Source of the DNA: Acidobacteriota bacterium
GTDB taxonomy: Bacteria; Acidobacteriota; Terriglobia; Terriglobales; SCQP01
Length of the DNA stretch: 62,714 nucleotides
Assembly (NCBI GenBank): GCA_021826505.1
Contig: JAKAZV010000004.1
Location: 1 to 62,714, forward strand
Reading direction: 5' to 3'
The translations under genes and the position numbers were made by a program. How positions within the stretch are numbered: the stretch's first letter is position 1; every line of letters begins with the position of its first letter. The notes below the pieces were generated by a model that was not told the origin of the DNA, searched no databases, and saw nothing but the letters and a program-made list of their open reading frames with translations. Shown here in pieces: positions 22,777 through 33,000 of the stretch.

Positions 22777-24159
22777 ATGTTTAAAAAAATTCTTATTGCC
22801 AACCGCGGCGAAATCGCGCTGCGCGTCATCTGCGCCTGCAAAGAGCTGGGCATCGCCACGGTCGCGGTCTATTCCGAGGCTGACCGCTACAGTCTGCACG
22901 TGCGCTTCGCCGATGAGGCCGTCTGCATCGGGCCGCACCGTTCGGCAGACAGTTACCTGAATATCCCCGCCGTCATCAGCGCCGCGGAAATCACCAACGT
23001 GGACGCCATCCATCCCGGCTACGGCTTTTTATCGGAAAATGCCGGCTTTGCGGAGGTCTGCGAAACCTGCCGGGTGAAGTTCATCGGCCCCCGGCCCGAG
23101 GTGATCCGATTGATGGGCGAGAAGCAGGGGGCGCGGGCGGCGGCCAAGCGGCTGGGACTGCCGATTTTGCCCGGATCGGAGGGCGCGGTTGAGGACGAAA
23201 CCCAGGCCCAGACGGTGGCCGCGGAAATCGGTTATCCGGTGATACTCAAGGCTGCCAACGGCGGAGGCGGACGCGGCATGCGCATCGTCCGCACCGAAAC
23301 GGAACTGGCCGCGGCTTTTGCCGCCGCGCGCACCGAAGCCGCCGCCGCCTTCGGCAACGGCGACCTCTATCTGGAAAAATTTATCGAGCGGCCGCGCCAT
23401 ATTGAATTTCAGGTGCTGGGCGACGAGCATGGCCGGGTCATGCACCTGGGAGAACGAGAATGCACCATTCAGCGCCGGCATCAGAAATTAATCGAAGAAA
23501 CGCCCTCACTCGCCCTCTCCGCCGCGACCCGGAATGAAGTGGGCGCGGCCATTATCCGGGCCTTGCGCGAAGTGGGTTATGCCAATGCCGGCACCATGGA
23601 ATTTCTCATGGACGATGCCGGCCATTTATCGTTCATAGAAATGAACACCCGCCTGCAGGTCGAGCATGGGGTCACGGAATGGGTCAGCGGGGTGGATTTG
23701 GTGAAGGCGCAGATTCGCATCGCGGCGGGCGAAAAGCTGGACGCGGCGATTGGCCCTCTGGCCCAAGTTCGCGACCACGCCACGCTGAATCAAGGCCACG
23801 CCATCGAATGCCGCATCAATGCCGAAAATCCCGACACCTTTGCCCCATCAGCCGGCCGGGTGACGGCTTTTCATCCGCCCGGCGGCATTGGTGTGCGGGT
23901 GGACACGGCCATGTACAGCGAAGCGATGATGCCGCCCTATTACGATTCCCTGACGGCCAAGCTGATGACTTACGGCGTGGACCGCCCCGAGGCCCTGGCG
24001 CGCATGCGGCGCGCGCTGGGCATGTTCGTGGTCACCGGCATTGAAACTTCCATCCCATTGCACCAGCGCATCCTGGCTGATGCAGATTTTCAAGCCGGCC
24101 GCTTCGATACCCGCTTCATGGAGCGCTTTCAGCCCAAGAAGCAGCGACGCGGCGCGTAG
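22777..24159 (+). CDS. accC: Biotin carboxylase
   Basis: [38 protein letters not shown]. Confidence 0.97.
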   Translation: MFKKILIANRGEIALRVICACKELGIATVAVYSEADRYSLHVRFADEAVCIGPHRSADSYLNIPAVISAAEITNVDAIHPGYGFLSENAGFAEVCETCRVKFIGPRPEVIRLMGEKQGARAAAKRLGLPILPGSEGAVEDETQAQTVAAEIGYPVILKAANGGGGRGMRIVRTETELAAAFAAARTEAAAAFGNGDLYLEKFIERPRHIEFQVLGDEHGRVMHLGERECTIQRRHQKLIEETPSLALSAATRNEVGAAIIRALREVGYANAGTMEFLMDDAGHLSFIEMNTRLQVEHGVTEWVSGVDLVKAQIRIAAGEKLDAAIGPLAQVRDHATLNQGHAIECRINAENPDTFAPSAGRVTAFHPPGGIGVRVDTAMYSEAMMPPYYDSLTAKLMTYGVDRPEALARMRRALGMFVVTGIETSIPLHQRILADADFQAGRFDTRFMERFQPKKQRRGA

Positions 24160-24182
24160 TCATGAATGCATAATGCCCGGCC

Positions 24183-24398
24183 TCAAGCCGCGGGTTTGGC
24201 CTGGTTGATGCCGTAGGCGTAACTGGAGCAACTAATCAGGTAAAACAGAGCGGCAACTTCAAAAAAGTTGCGGGGAAAAAGCCCGGTGGAGGCAGCGATG
24301 TGATCCAGCCGGCCGTTCATGGTCAGCAGCCGGAATATAACGCCCAATACGGCAAAACCCCAGCCCAATTTGTAACTGATGCTGATCAATGTTTTCAT
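24183..24398 (-). CDS. Small two-TM hypothetical membrane protein
   Basis: AAGGGA RBS, two hydrophobic segments, own promoter upstream. Confidence 0.65.
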   Translation of the reverse strand: MKTLISISYKLGWGFAVLGVIFRLLTMNGRLDHIAASTGLFPRNFFEVAALFYLISCSSYAYGINQAKPAA

Positions 24399-24481
24399 CG
24401 TATTTCCCTTTTTGAAGCAGCGAATTCCGGAAGCCAGCGGCTTTTACCCGGATTTACCCAAAGCTATGGGTAAATGGCCTG

Positions 24482-24537
24482 ATTATGCCCGGAATATTCC
24501 AGCATGACAAGCATTAATTTGTGAGTGAGATCACAAA
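24482..24537 (-). promoter_or_regulatory. Promoter (TTGTCA-17-CATAAT) with upstream CRP-like palindrome TTTGTGA-N6-TCACAAA
   Basis: -10 at 24487-24482, -35 at 24510-24505, palindrome at 24518-24537. Confidence 0.6.
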
Positions 24538-24601
24538 AAGGCTGGCAGGGATGGGGACATCGGCGAGACGGTATAGAGATCAATCAACAGGAAGGATTTT
24601 A

Positions 24602-24678
<77 letters not shown>

Positions 24679-24746
24679 GCAACCTTAATATTTTAACAGA
24701 TTCATCCCCGGCTGCGGCCTGTGCTTGACTTGAATGCCGCAGTCTC

Positions 24747-26906
24747 TTAGCGCCGCTTCCAGTTTAAACGATAAATTTCATTCAGCCCCCGCGCGCGGGT
24801 GACCAGGGGGCGATTATGCCAGTCCAATCCGCTCCAGCCATCCACCAGCCAGCCATAACGATTCAAGCTGACGATTTCATGTAGTTTTCCCGTCGCCGGG
24901 CTATAGCGAAAAAAGCCCAGATTATTGCCGCGGGTGTCGAAATAAAGTTCATTCCCCCGACGCGACCAGACGGGGTTGTCCACCTGCCGGATCGGCGTCA
25001 TCCGCCAGCGCCGTCGGCGGATTGAATAGATGACCAGCCGCTGCGAACGCTGGCGCAGGGCGGCAATCCAGCGCCCATTGGGCGACCAGCGCGCCGTCCA
25101 TAATCCCTGAGAACCGGGCAGTGTCGTATGCGTGCGCTGCGCGAGAGTGTAAATATGGATGCCGCTGGGACGGGGGAAATCTCCATTGGGGTTGGGCAGA
25201 TCCCCATAAACCAAGCGTTTTCCATGCGGCGACCAACTGGCAATTCCCACATTGATGCCGGTTCGCGGCAATTCCCGTAAATTGCGATCGGCCAGGGTGT
25301 AAATAAATAAATGCCAGGGTTGCGTTGCACCCATGCGCCCGCGAATGACCAGGCGATCACCCCGCGGCGACCAAGCTAATCCTTCGCTGTCAAAGGGAGT
25401 AAAGGTGATTTCCCGGGCTCCGGTATTGCCGTGCCGGGCAATCCATACACTCCGTCCCTCCTGGCCCGTCAAGGCGTAGGCAATCCTTTGATCGTGGGGA
25501 GAAGATGCCACCCAGAGTGCGCGCATGCCCCCCAGATAAGGCTCAAATTTCCCCAGCCTAGCCCGGTAACGCATCAACTGCGGCATGGTGGACTTGCCTA
25601 TAACCAATAATTTAGATTTTCCCGGCACCGGAGTGGGCGATTGAAACCCGATTGGACCGGAGGCAAAGTCACGCCACTGATGGGCGCCCCGCGGCATGAC
25701 CGCGATTCTGTAGGGAAATGACTGCATTTTGTCATAGTATTGAAAAAAATAATCGCTTCCGTGGCCGGTCCAGCTGCCACAACAGGCATTGATACTGCGG
25801 GGCGTCAGCGGCCGCGGGGCAGCATTTTTGAGCCGCAGGGAAAGTTCCCATATACGGCTATTTCCCGCGGACATATTCCCCGTGGTATAGCGCAATTGCC
25901 GCCCATCCGGACGCCAGCGTATCCACCAGGGAGTTTGCCCTGCCTGACACAGCAAGCGAGAGGATAAACCCCGAACGCTGGTCATGCGCAGCTGATGCCG
26001 CCAGCTATAGACAATGCGTTTGCCACCGGGCGACCAGGCCGCCGCACGTGCGTATATTCCGGGAATAATGTGGGGATCATCGCTGGGCAGATTGAGCATC
26101 CATAATTGCCCATGCGAGCCGCGATCCGTGGCCAGAATATGCAAGCCGTCGCGGGAGATATCCTGAAAATACAAGTCCGGCAGCAACGCCACCATGGGTT
26201 CCGGCGTGCCACCTTCGATGCCGGTAAACATCAAGGTGTGACCGGCCCGCCGCTGCTCGGAAAAATAGATCCGGGTGCCATCGGTGAGCAGGGGAACGGA
26301 GCGTATATTTCTGGTTTTGACCCGACCATCCGCGGTGATTTGATCGTAATTTTCCAATTGCGGCCAGTGCGGGCGATGGCTGTAATGCCACAGTGCGGCT
26401 CCGCCCAAGAGCAGCAATAAAATCGCCGCTCCGGCCCATAATGCCCACCACCCTCTTCTTTTTTGCTGCCCGGTCCGCTCAGGGGCCATCCACGCCGGTG
26501 TTTCCTCCTGGCGGGAGGCCGTGGGCCGGGGAAGGTTCGTATCGGCAAGGGGATAGAGGGTTTCAACCGGAGCGATAAACCGGTATCCCAGGCGCGGCAG
26601 GGTTTCTATATACCGCGGGTTTTCCGCCGAGTCGCGCAAGACTTGCCGGATGCGGTTCACCGCCGAATTTACGCTGTTATCAAAATCGACAAACGTATCC
26701 GGCGGCCATAACCGCGTGCGGATTTCCTCACGCGTGACCAAATTGCCCGCTTGCCCCAAAAGCAGAGCAAGTAATTGGCCCGGCTGCTGCGCCAGCCGCA
26801 CCCGGACTCCATTGCGACGCAATTCCTTCGTTTCCAAACTCAGTTCAAAAACGCCAAAGCGGTATCCAATCTGATCTTTATCTGGCGTCGTGGACGCTTC
26901 TGGCAT
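24747..26906 (-). CDS. CadC/ToxR-type transmembrane transcriptional regulator (winged helix + TM + PD40/TolB-like beta-propeller)
   Basis: YRFGVFEL..VTREEIR..LW..FVDFDNS..YIETLPRLGYRFIAPV, one TM helix, repeated WSP.G blades; ORF open to 26969. Confidence 0.88.
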   Translation of the reverse strand: MPEASTTPDKDQIGYRFGVFELSLETKELRRNGVRVRLAQQPGQLLALLLGQAGNLVTREEIRTRLWPPDTFVDFDNSVNSAVNRIRQVLRDSAENPRYIETLPRLGYRFIAPVETLYPLADTNLPRPTASRQEETPAWMAPERTGQQKRRGWWALWAGAAILLLLLGGAALWHYSHRPHWPQLENYDQITADGRVKTRNIRSVPLLTDGTRIYFSEQRRAGHTLMFTGIEGGTPEPMVALLPDLYFQDISRDGLHILATDRGSHGQLWMLNLPSDDPHIIPGIYARAAAWSPGGKRIVYSWRHQLRMTSVRGLSSRLLCQAGQTPWWIRWRPDGRQLRYTTGNMSAGNSRIWELSLRLKNAAPRPLTPRSINACCGSWTGHGSDYFFQYYDKMQSFPYRIAVMPRGAHQWRDFASGPIGFQSPTPVPGKSKLLVIGKSTMPQLMRYRARLGKFEPYLGGMRALWVASSPHDQRIAYALTGQEGRSVWIARHGNTGAREITFTPFDSEGLAWSPRGDRLVIRGRMGATQPWHLFIYTLADRNLRELPRTGINVGIASWSPHGKRLVYGDLPNPNGDFPRPSGIHIYTLAQRTHTTLPGSQGLWTARWSPNGRWIAALRQRSQRLVIYSIRRRRWRMTPIRQVDNPVWSRRGNELYFDTRGNNLGFFRYSPATGKLHEIVSLNRYGWLVDGWSGLDWHNRPLVTRARGLNEIYRLNWKRR

Positions 26907-27113
26907 AGCAATACCGTTCTTTATGCTGGATTGATTTGACAGTATAGGGCAAGGCTCCGAGTTAAGCAAATCATGTAAATAAATGAAAAATAAGCACTTG
27001 TCAGGTGAGATGTTTTAAATCATGCATTATTGTCAAAATAATCCTCTGCCCATTGCATGTTCCCTGTCCGGCTTGCATGCTCATCTCCGTCGGGAGTATC
27101 GGGAGGGATTTTC

Positions 27114-30011
27114 ATGCATCTTCGTCTCAAGTCCAAAGCCTGGTTTGGATCGGTAGAGCCTGAGTATGGAAGGAGCATTGCGAAACCGGTTAGGGCAAAA
27201 ATACAAATGGCAGTCCCGCTATTGTTTGCCTGTCTTGCAGGGGTGAGCATACTTGCAATGGCCGGTTGTGGGGGCGTCGGCACCAATTCGACCCCCAATC
27301 CTCCAGCCGACAACCCAGTTCCCAGCATCAGTTCGCTCTCTCCGGCTTCTGTCACGATGGGCGCGGCGGCACAAACCCTTACCATAAATGGCACAGGATT
27401 CATCCCCACATCGAGCATAACTTTTAACGGCAATGCATATACCGTCAGTTATGTGAGCGCCACTCAATTGACCATTCCATTAGGGGCCAGCGATCAGGCA
27501 ACCGCAGGGACGTATGCCGTCGTGGTCAGCAATCCCTCCCCAGGGGGCGGAGTCTCCAATAGTGTCAATTTCATCGTCAACAACCCGGTTCCGGCCATTA
27601 CCGCCATCAGCCCTAATGCCACTTTTCCCTGTAATCCACTGGCCCTGGTCACCATTACCGGTACGCAATTCATGCCCGGCGCCAGCGTGACTTTTAATGG
27701 CAGCCCCATTGCTGCGACCGTAGTGAATGCAACCACGATCACCCTGGCCCTGGACAGCTCCCTGATTGCCACACCCGGCACCCCAGCCATCGTGGTCACC
27801 AATCCATCCCCTGGCGGCGGGCCTTCCAACCCGGCTGTGTTTACCATCAGCACGCCCAGTGGCCCCGGTTTAAGCGGGAAAACCGAACTCACCGCCAATA
27901 TTTATGTTTATGCCCTCAATGCGGATGGCAGCAATGGCCAACTCCTTTGCACCGGGGCCAGTGACGGCAATGGCAATTTCAATATGACGCTCGATGCCCC
28001 CATTAACGGCGGGATTCGCCTCGATTCGAGCGGCGGACAAGTCGTTTACCAGAATAATCCGCCGCTTAATTATCCGCAAACCAGTGATGATACAGCCATT
28101 TTCGATACTGTCTCCAGCAGTATCAGCAGCATTGATCTCGACCCCATCAGCACCCTGGCAGATGCCATGACAGTGGGGGAAATGCAGATGCATCAGACCA
28201 GCGAGACGGGAACACATTCAATGGTGAATGCCCAACTCAGCTATTTTTTTCTATTCCATCCCGGCAATAGCGGCTATCCTCCGCTGGAACTGCAACCTGC
28301 CGATCCCAGCAATCAGAACCAGCGTATCGCCGCGGTGCAAGGCTGGCTGACGGAAGGTTTGTCGCTCAACCCAAATTCACCGGATGATATTTATTCCGCA
28401 CTGGATCAGGACATTCGCGATGGAATATTTGACGGTTGGGACGGCGCCAGCAGAATCAGTCTGGACAGCGGCAATGAGCCGGTCACGGCCGGAACCACGG
28501 ACTATCTGAGCGGAGCAGCGCAGTGGGTGCAAGGCCCAGGCGCTCAAGTGCTGCCTTCCGGCACAGGCTCCGCTACCCTGGCCGCGTTAACCAAAGGAGT
28601 GACGGCTAACGTTACCTTATTCACTCCTTTTGCCGATGGATTAGTTCCCAGCAGCACCGGAGCCATGACCACACTGGCACTCCAGGGTCATCAGTATCTG
28701 CTCATCAACGATCTCAATAATCAGAACGCAACTCCAAATACCGACAGTATTATCGTCATTGATGTTACCGATCCCACACATCCGGGCATACCCATTGAAT
28801 GGCAAACGCCAGAATTAAATAATTGGACAGTCGCCGGCGCAATCAGCGGCGGTATTGCCGTTCTGGCGGGAAATAGCGGCCATCCGCAAGTATTTGTTTA
28901 TGACGAAAGCGGGCGCGCCGCCTTGCTCAATGCTTCAATTCTCGTCAATGGCGTTCCAGGAACGGATCAGCCGGTTGACTATTCCGGCGCCCTGGCCATC
29001 TCCGGCTCAATTCCAGTTTTCAGCGATGCCAGAGTACTTTCAGGTGCCGCCTGGGACGGCTGCTGGCTGGGCTGCCAGATCGAGCTGGCCAGCGCCGATG
29101 GCTATGTAGATTTCACCCTTGCCAGCAATTCTCTCGATGAGACGCATGCCTTCCCGGTGCTGGATCCAACCGAAACCGCAGCCGAAAGCATGGGACCCGA
29201 TATCGCCCATTACAGCGGCTACCCTTTATTGCTGGCCGGCAATGCAGGCGGCATGCAACTGGTGGACTTTACGAATCATTCTTCTTTTTTTCTCAATGAC
29301 AGTCAGTTCCATACTTATTTTCCTCATTTTCCTTATGCCGGCTTCCAAGGAAATGATGATGTAGATGCCAATACCGCCGACCTGAGCTATGAAATCGGCG
29401 TGCTTACGCCCGAACAGGGGCAGGGTACGACCAATCCCTATATTGGACTCTATGATATAGGCAATATTAGCGAAACACCCGCATCCGGCGGCAATCTTCC
29501 GACCTTCAGTTTTTCACCAGGAAACACTCTGGAAATACCTATTTCCAGCAATAATAATCTGGATTTTACCGGTGCCGCTGTGGATTCCGACTCGCATACG
29601 CTTGCATTGAGCGGCTCGTTTTCCCATAGCGATATCGCCCTGGGGCAAATCCAGAACCTGAATAATTTAGCAAATGGCCAAAACTGGATCGGGCTCACCG
29701 ATTGGGTTTTTCTCAATGCCGCCGCATCCAGCGGTTTAAGCCAATTCATGAACCAGGGCGATCCGCCAGGGGTGATTGCCTTCACCAGCCTGGGCGCGAT
29801 AAACGCTAAAACCAAAGGCATCAGTTATGGATACATGCTGGATGCCTCCGGCCGCGGCGTGCTGCAGGTAGATATCAACGGACTGCTGGCCATGCCGCGT
29901 CAAGGCGCGGCCGGTTCGGGCGATCCCGCTCACCAGGTTACAGGCGATCCGGCCACCACCAACGACGCACTAACCGGCGCGCCCATTTTGACTGAAATCA
30001 CCTGGCCCTGA
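27114..30011 (+). CDS. Large lipoprotein with two IPT/TIG domains and uncharacterised C-terminal region
   Basis: GGAGG RBS, lipobox MAGC (Cys codon 27267), tandem NPVP.I..LSP..TI.GT.F..V.NPSPGGG.SN repeats; alternative start 27207. Confidence 0.75.
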   Translation: MHLRLKSKAWFGSVEPEYGRSIAKPVRAKIQMAVPLLFACLAGVSILAMAGCGGVGTNSTPNPPADNPVPSISSLSPASVTMGAAAQTLTINGTGFIPTSSITFNGNAYTVSYVSATQLTIPLGASDQATAGTYAVVVSNPSPGGGVSNSVNFIVNNPVPAITAISPNATFPCNPLALVTITGTQFMPGASVTFNGSPIAATVVNATTITLALDSSLIATPGTPAIVVTNPSPGGGPSNPAVFTISTPSGPGLSGKTELTANIYVYALNADGSNGQLLCTGASDGNGNFNMTLDAPINGGIRLDSSGGQVVYQNNPPLNYPQTSDDTAIFDTVSSSISSIDLDPISTLADAMTVGEMQMHQTSETGTHSMVNAQLSYFFLFHPGNSGYPPLELQPADPSNQNQRIAAVQGWLTEGLSLNPNSPDDIYSALDQDIRDGIFDGWDGASRISLDSGNEPVTAGTTDYLSGAAQWVQGPGAQVLPSGTGSATLAALTKGVTANVTLFTPFADGLVPSSTGAMTTLALQGHQYLLINDLNNQNATPNTDSIIVIDVTDPTHPGIPIEWQTPELNNWTVAGAISGGIAVLAGNSGHPQVFVYDESGRAALLNASILVNGVPGTDQPVDYSGALAISGSIPVFSDARVLSGAAWDGCWLGCQIELASADGYVDFTLASNSLDETHAFPVLDPTETAAESMGPDIAHYSGYPLLLAGNAGGMQLVDFTNHSSFFLNDSQFHTYFPHFPYAGFQGNDDVDANTADLSYEIGVLTPEQGQGTTNPYIGLYDIGNISETPASGGNLPTFSFSPGNTLEIPISSNNNLDFTGAAVDSDSHTLALSGSFSHSDIALGQIQNLNNLANGQNWIGLTDWVFLNAAASSGLSQFMNQGDPPGVIAFTSLGAINAKTKGISYGYMLDASGRGVLQVDINGLLAMPRQGAAGSGDPAHQVTGDPATTNDALTGAPILTEITWP

Positions 30012-30054
30012 ACATCCTTTTTTGAGTCATACGAGCCATCGCAAGGAAAAAACG

Positions 30055-33000
30055 ATGAAAAAGCAAACCCTCGTTACCGTATATGCCATGATCTGCTGGT
30101 TGGGAATTACCGGACTGGGGCAGAAAAGCGCCCCACACCGGCTGAACCCGCATGTGATGCCCAAAGTCGAGCGACTGCGCCAGCAAGCCGCCCTATGGAG
30201 CATTCATGAACGCACGATCGATCACATGCCACCAGCCTGGCACCGTTTGCGGGCGGTGCGGGAAGCCCGGCATTTGCCCTACGTGATTCGCCCCGCGCAG
30301 CGAAGGCTGTACAGTTCCGGACCGGCGGAGGCCACGGCCTGGACTTTTCAGGGCCCCCAGCCGATCAGCACATTTCAAGCCGGCGAATCGTTTGGCGATG
30401 ACGGCAATGTCTCCGGCATTGTTTCCGCCATCGCCGTGGATCTTACGAACGACCCAACCGGCAACACCGTCTATGTCGGGACAACGTATGGCGGTGTCTG
30501 GAAAACGATTAATGCGCTGAGTGCCAACCCCAGTTTCACGCCGATCAGCGACGCCACACAAACGCTGGATGTGGGCGCCATCGCCCTGGGCCCGGATAAC
30601 GCCCAGGGCCAGCCCATGCTTTATGTGGGCACCGGCAAATGGATCCAGGATACCTATCAGGGCATGGGAGTACTGGAATCCAGCGACGGCGGGTCCACCT
30701 GGACCCTTATTTCTTCGGCTGATAACGGGGCGGAGCAGTTCGCGGGTCTTTCCGTCACCCGTATTCTGGTGGATCCCAGCAACACGCAGATCGTCCTCAT
30801 GGCCACGGCGTATTCAATCGACTCGCTGCCGGGGCAAGCGCAAGGGCCAAATGCCGGATTGAATAATATTGCCGGCGTCTATCGCTCCACCGATGGCGGC
30901 AAAACCTGGAGCAAGGTTTTATATAACCCCGACTGCACCGATATGGCTTATGACGCCAGCACGCATACATATTATGCAGCCCTGACCGGAAACGGCATCT
31001 ACGCCTCCGCCGACCAGGGGCAAACCTGGACGCTGCTGGCTGATCCGCTTGCAAACGGGACGACAATTTCAAACAGCAATTTTTTTGCCGTCTCCCTGGC
31101 GGCACAGAACGGCAAAATCTACGCTCTCATCGCCAACCCTCAGGATTCGATTGGAAATTTGTCCGCACCCACCCCCTGTTCCAATCCCGGGGCGGCCAAT
31201 TTAAGCGGCTGCGATACCGGTCTGGTGGTATCCGCAAATGGCGGACAAAGCTGGACGCCGCTTCCGGTCCCCACACAGGACAGCGACGGCTATACCGATG
31301 CCAACGCACTTTTCTGCGAGCCCGGCACGAATGGCGCCGATTGCCAGGGCGATTATGACCAGGCAATCGCGTTGACTCCCGATGGCAATACCCTGTTGAT
31401 TGCCGGCATAGACGACTGGGCGCTCAACCTCGGCACACAAACTTATTCGCAAATCACCAATGGCTATGCAAAGTTAAGCGGCGAGGTCCACACCGATCAG
31501 CACGCTATCGCAGTCGTGAGCAACTCCACCTGGTATGTGGGCAATGATGGCGGCGTATGGGTCACCAGCGACGCCGGCGGCGTCAGTAACAGCACTCCCG
31601 GCCAGAGCAGCGACTGGGCCGATCTGAACGCCACCCTGGGCGTGACCACGTTTTACAGCGTGGCCCAAGTGGAGAATATCGCGAATAATCCCATCCCAGC
31701 GGGCGGCGCACAAGACAACGGCACGGATTACGCCGGGGCAAATACCAGCTGGCAGCAGGAAGAAGGCGGCGACGGGGGCTTTACCGTATCCGATCCGAAT
31801 AACCGGCAGGAATTTCTGTTTGAAGAAGATGGCGGCGGAGCCGTCGGCCTCAATGCGACTGCTACCTCGACCCAAATGGATTACTATTCGCCCATCGTAG
31901 ATAAAAAAACGATCACCGACTGGGCGACTGCATCCGGTGCGGGATCGCTGGTTTTTCCATATCAATTTGTGCCCAGCAACAGCACGCAACTGGTGCTGGC
32001 GAGCGGCTGCCGGGTCTGGACCGGGCCGGATGCGCAAAATCCGACGCAGACGCCCGCCCCCGGCTGGATGGTGATCAGCAATGATCTGACCACCAGCAAT
32101 ACGGAAGCCGACTGCAACAATTCCCAAGGCATTCTGCTGGCCCTGGCCGTGGCGCCTTCTTCGCCGGCTACCATCTATGCCGGCGCATTGAACGGAAAAT
32201 TATGGGTCACTTCCAATGCTACCTGTGTCAGCGCCTCACCCGCCTGTTCGCTGCCCACCTGGACAGAAATTAATGCCGGGCTGCCCGCCGGAACGCCCAT
32301 CAGTACCATCGCCGTCAACCCCACGCAGCCGCAAACCGTGCTGGTGAGTTTATGGGGCTATGGCACCGGCCATGTATTTCTTTCCACTAATGGCGGCACT
32401 TCCTGGACCGATATCAGCGGGAGCGTGGGCAATGGAGGTTTGCCCGATGCGCCGGTTAACGGTGTTGTACTCGACCCCAACAATTCCAATGTGATCTACG
32501 CCACCACGGATGTGGGCGTATTTGTCGCCACCGATGGCGGGGCCGGCGGCGCCGGGGAGCAATGGCAGCAACTCGGCCCGAAACTGCCCGATTGTCCCGT
32601 CATGCAGCTGCAATTTTCTCTGGATGGCAAAACCCTGATCGCCGCCAGCTTCGGCCGCGGCGCCTGGACGATCCCCGCGCTCGGCGCCAGCAGCAGCGGT
32701 TCGAACACGCCGGATTTCAGCCTCAGCTTGTCTTTGGCGACGCAGACCATCCCCGCAGGGACTGGAGCCAGCCTGACGGTTACCACCAGCGCAATCAACG
32801 GCGACACCCATAACATCACGCTCAGTTGCACTGCCCCGGCATCAGGATGCACATTCAATCCCGCCAGCGTGGCGCCCGGCGCCTCGAGCACATTAACGAT
32901 CAGCTCCGGATCTCTGATCGCCGGCAGCAACACGGTCAGTGTCAGCGGCACCGACGGCACCAACACGCATAGCGCGAGTGCAACCGTCACCGTCAGCGCC

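Noticed and set aside
24679-24746. attR duplicate of the tRNA-Val 3' end
   Set aside because: No copy of tggtgggcgatatcc found at the far island boundary, and no integrase present.
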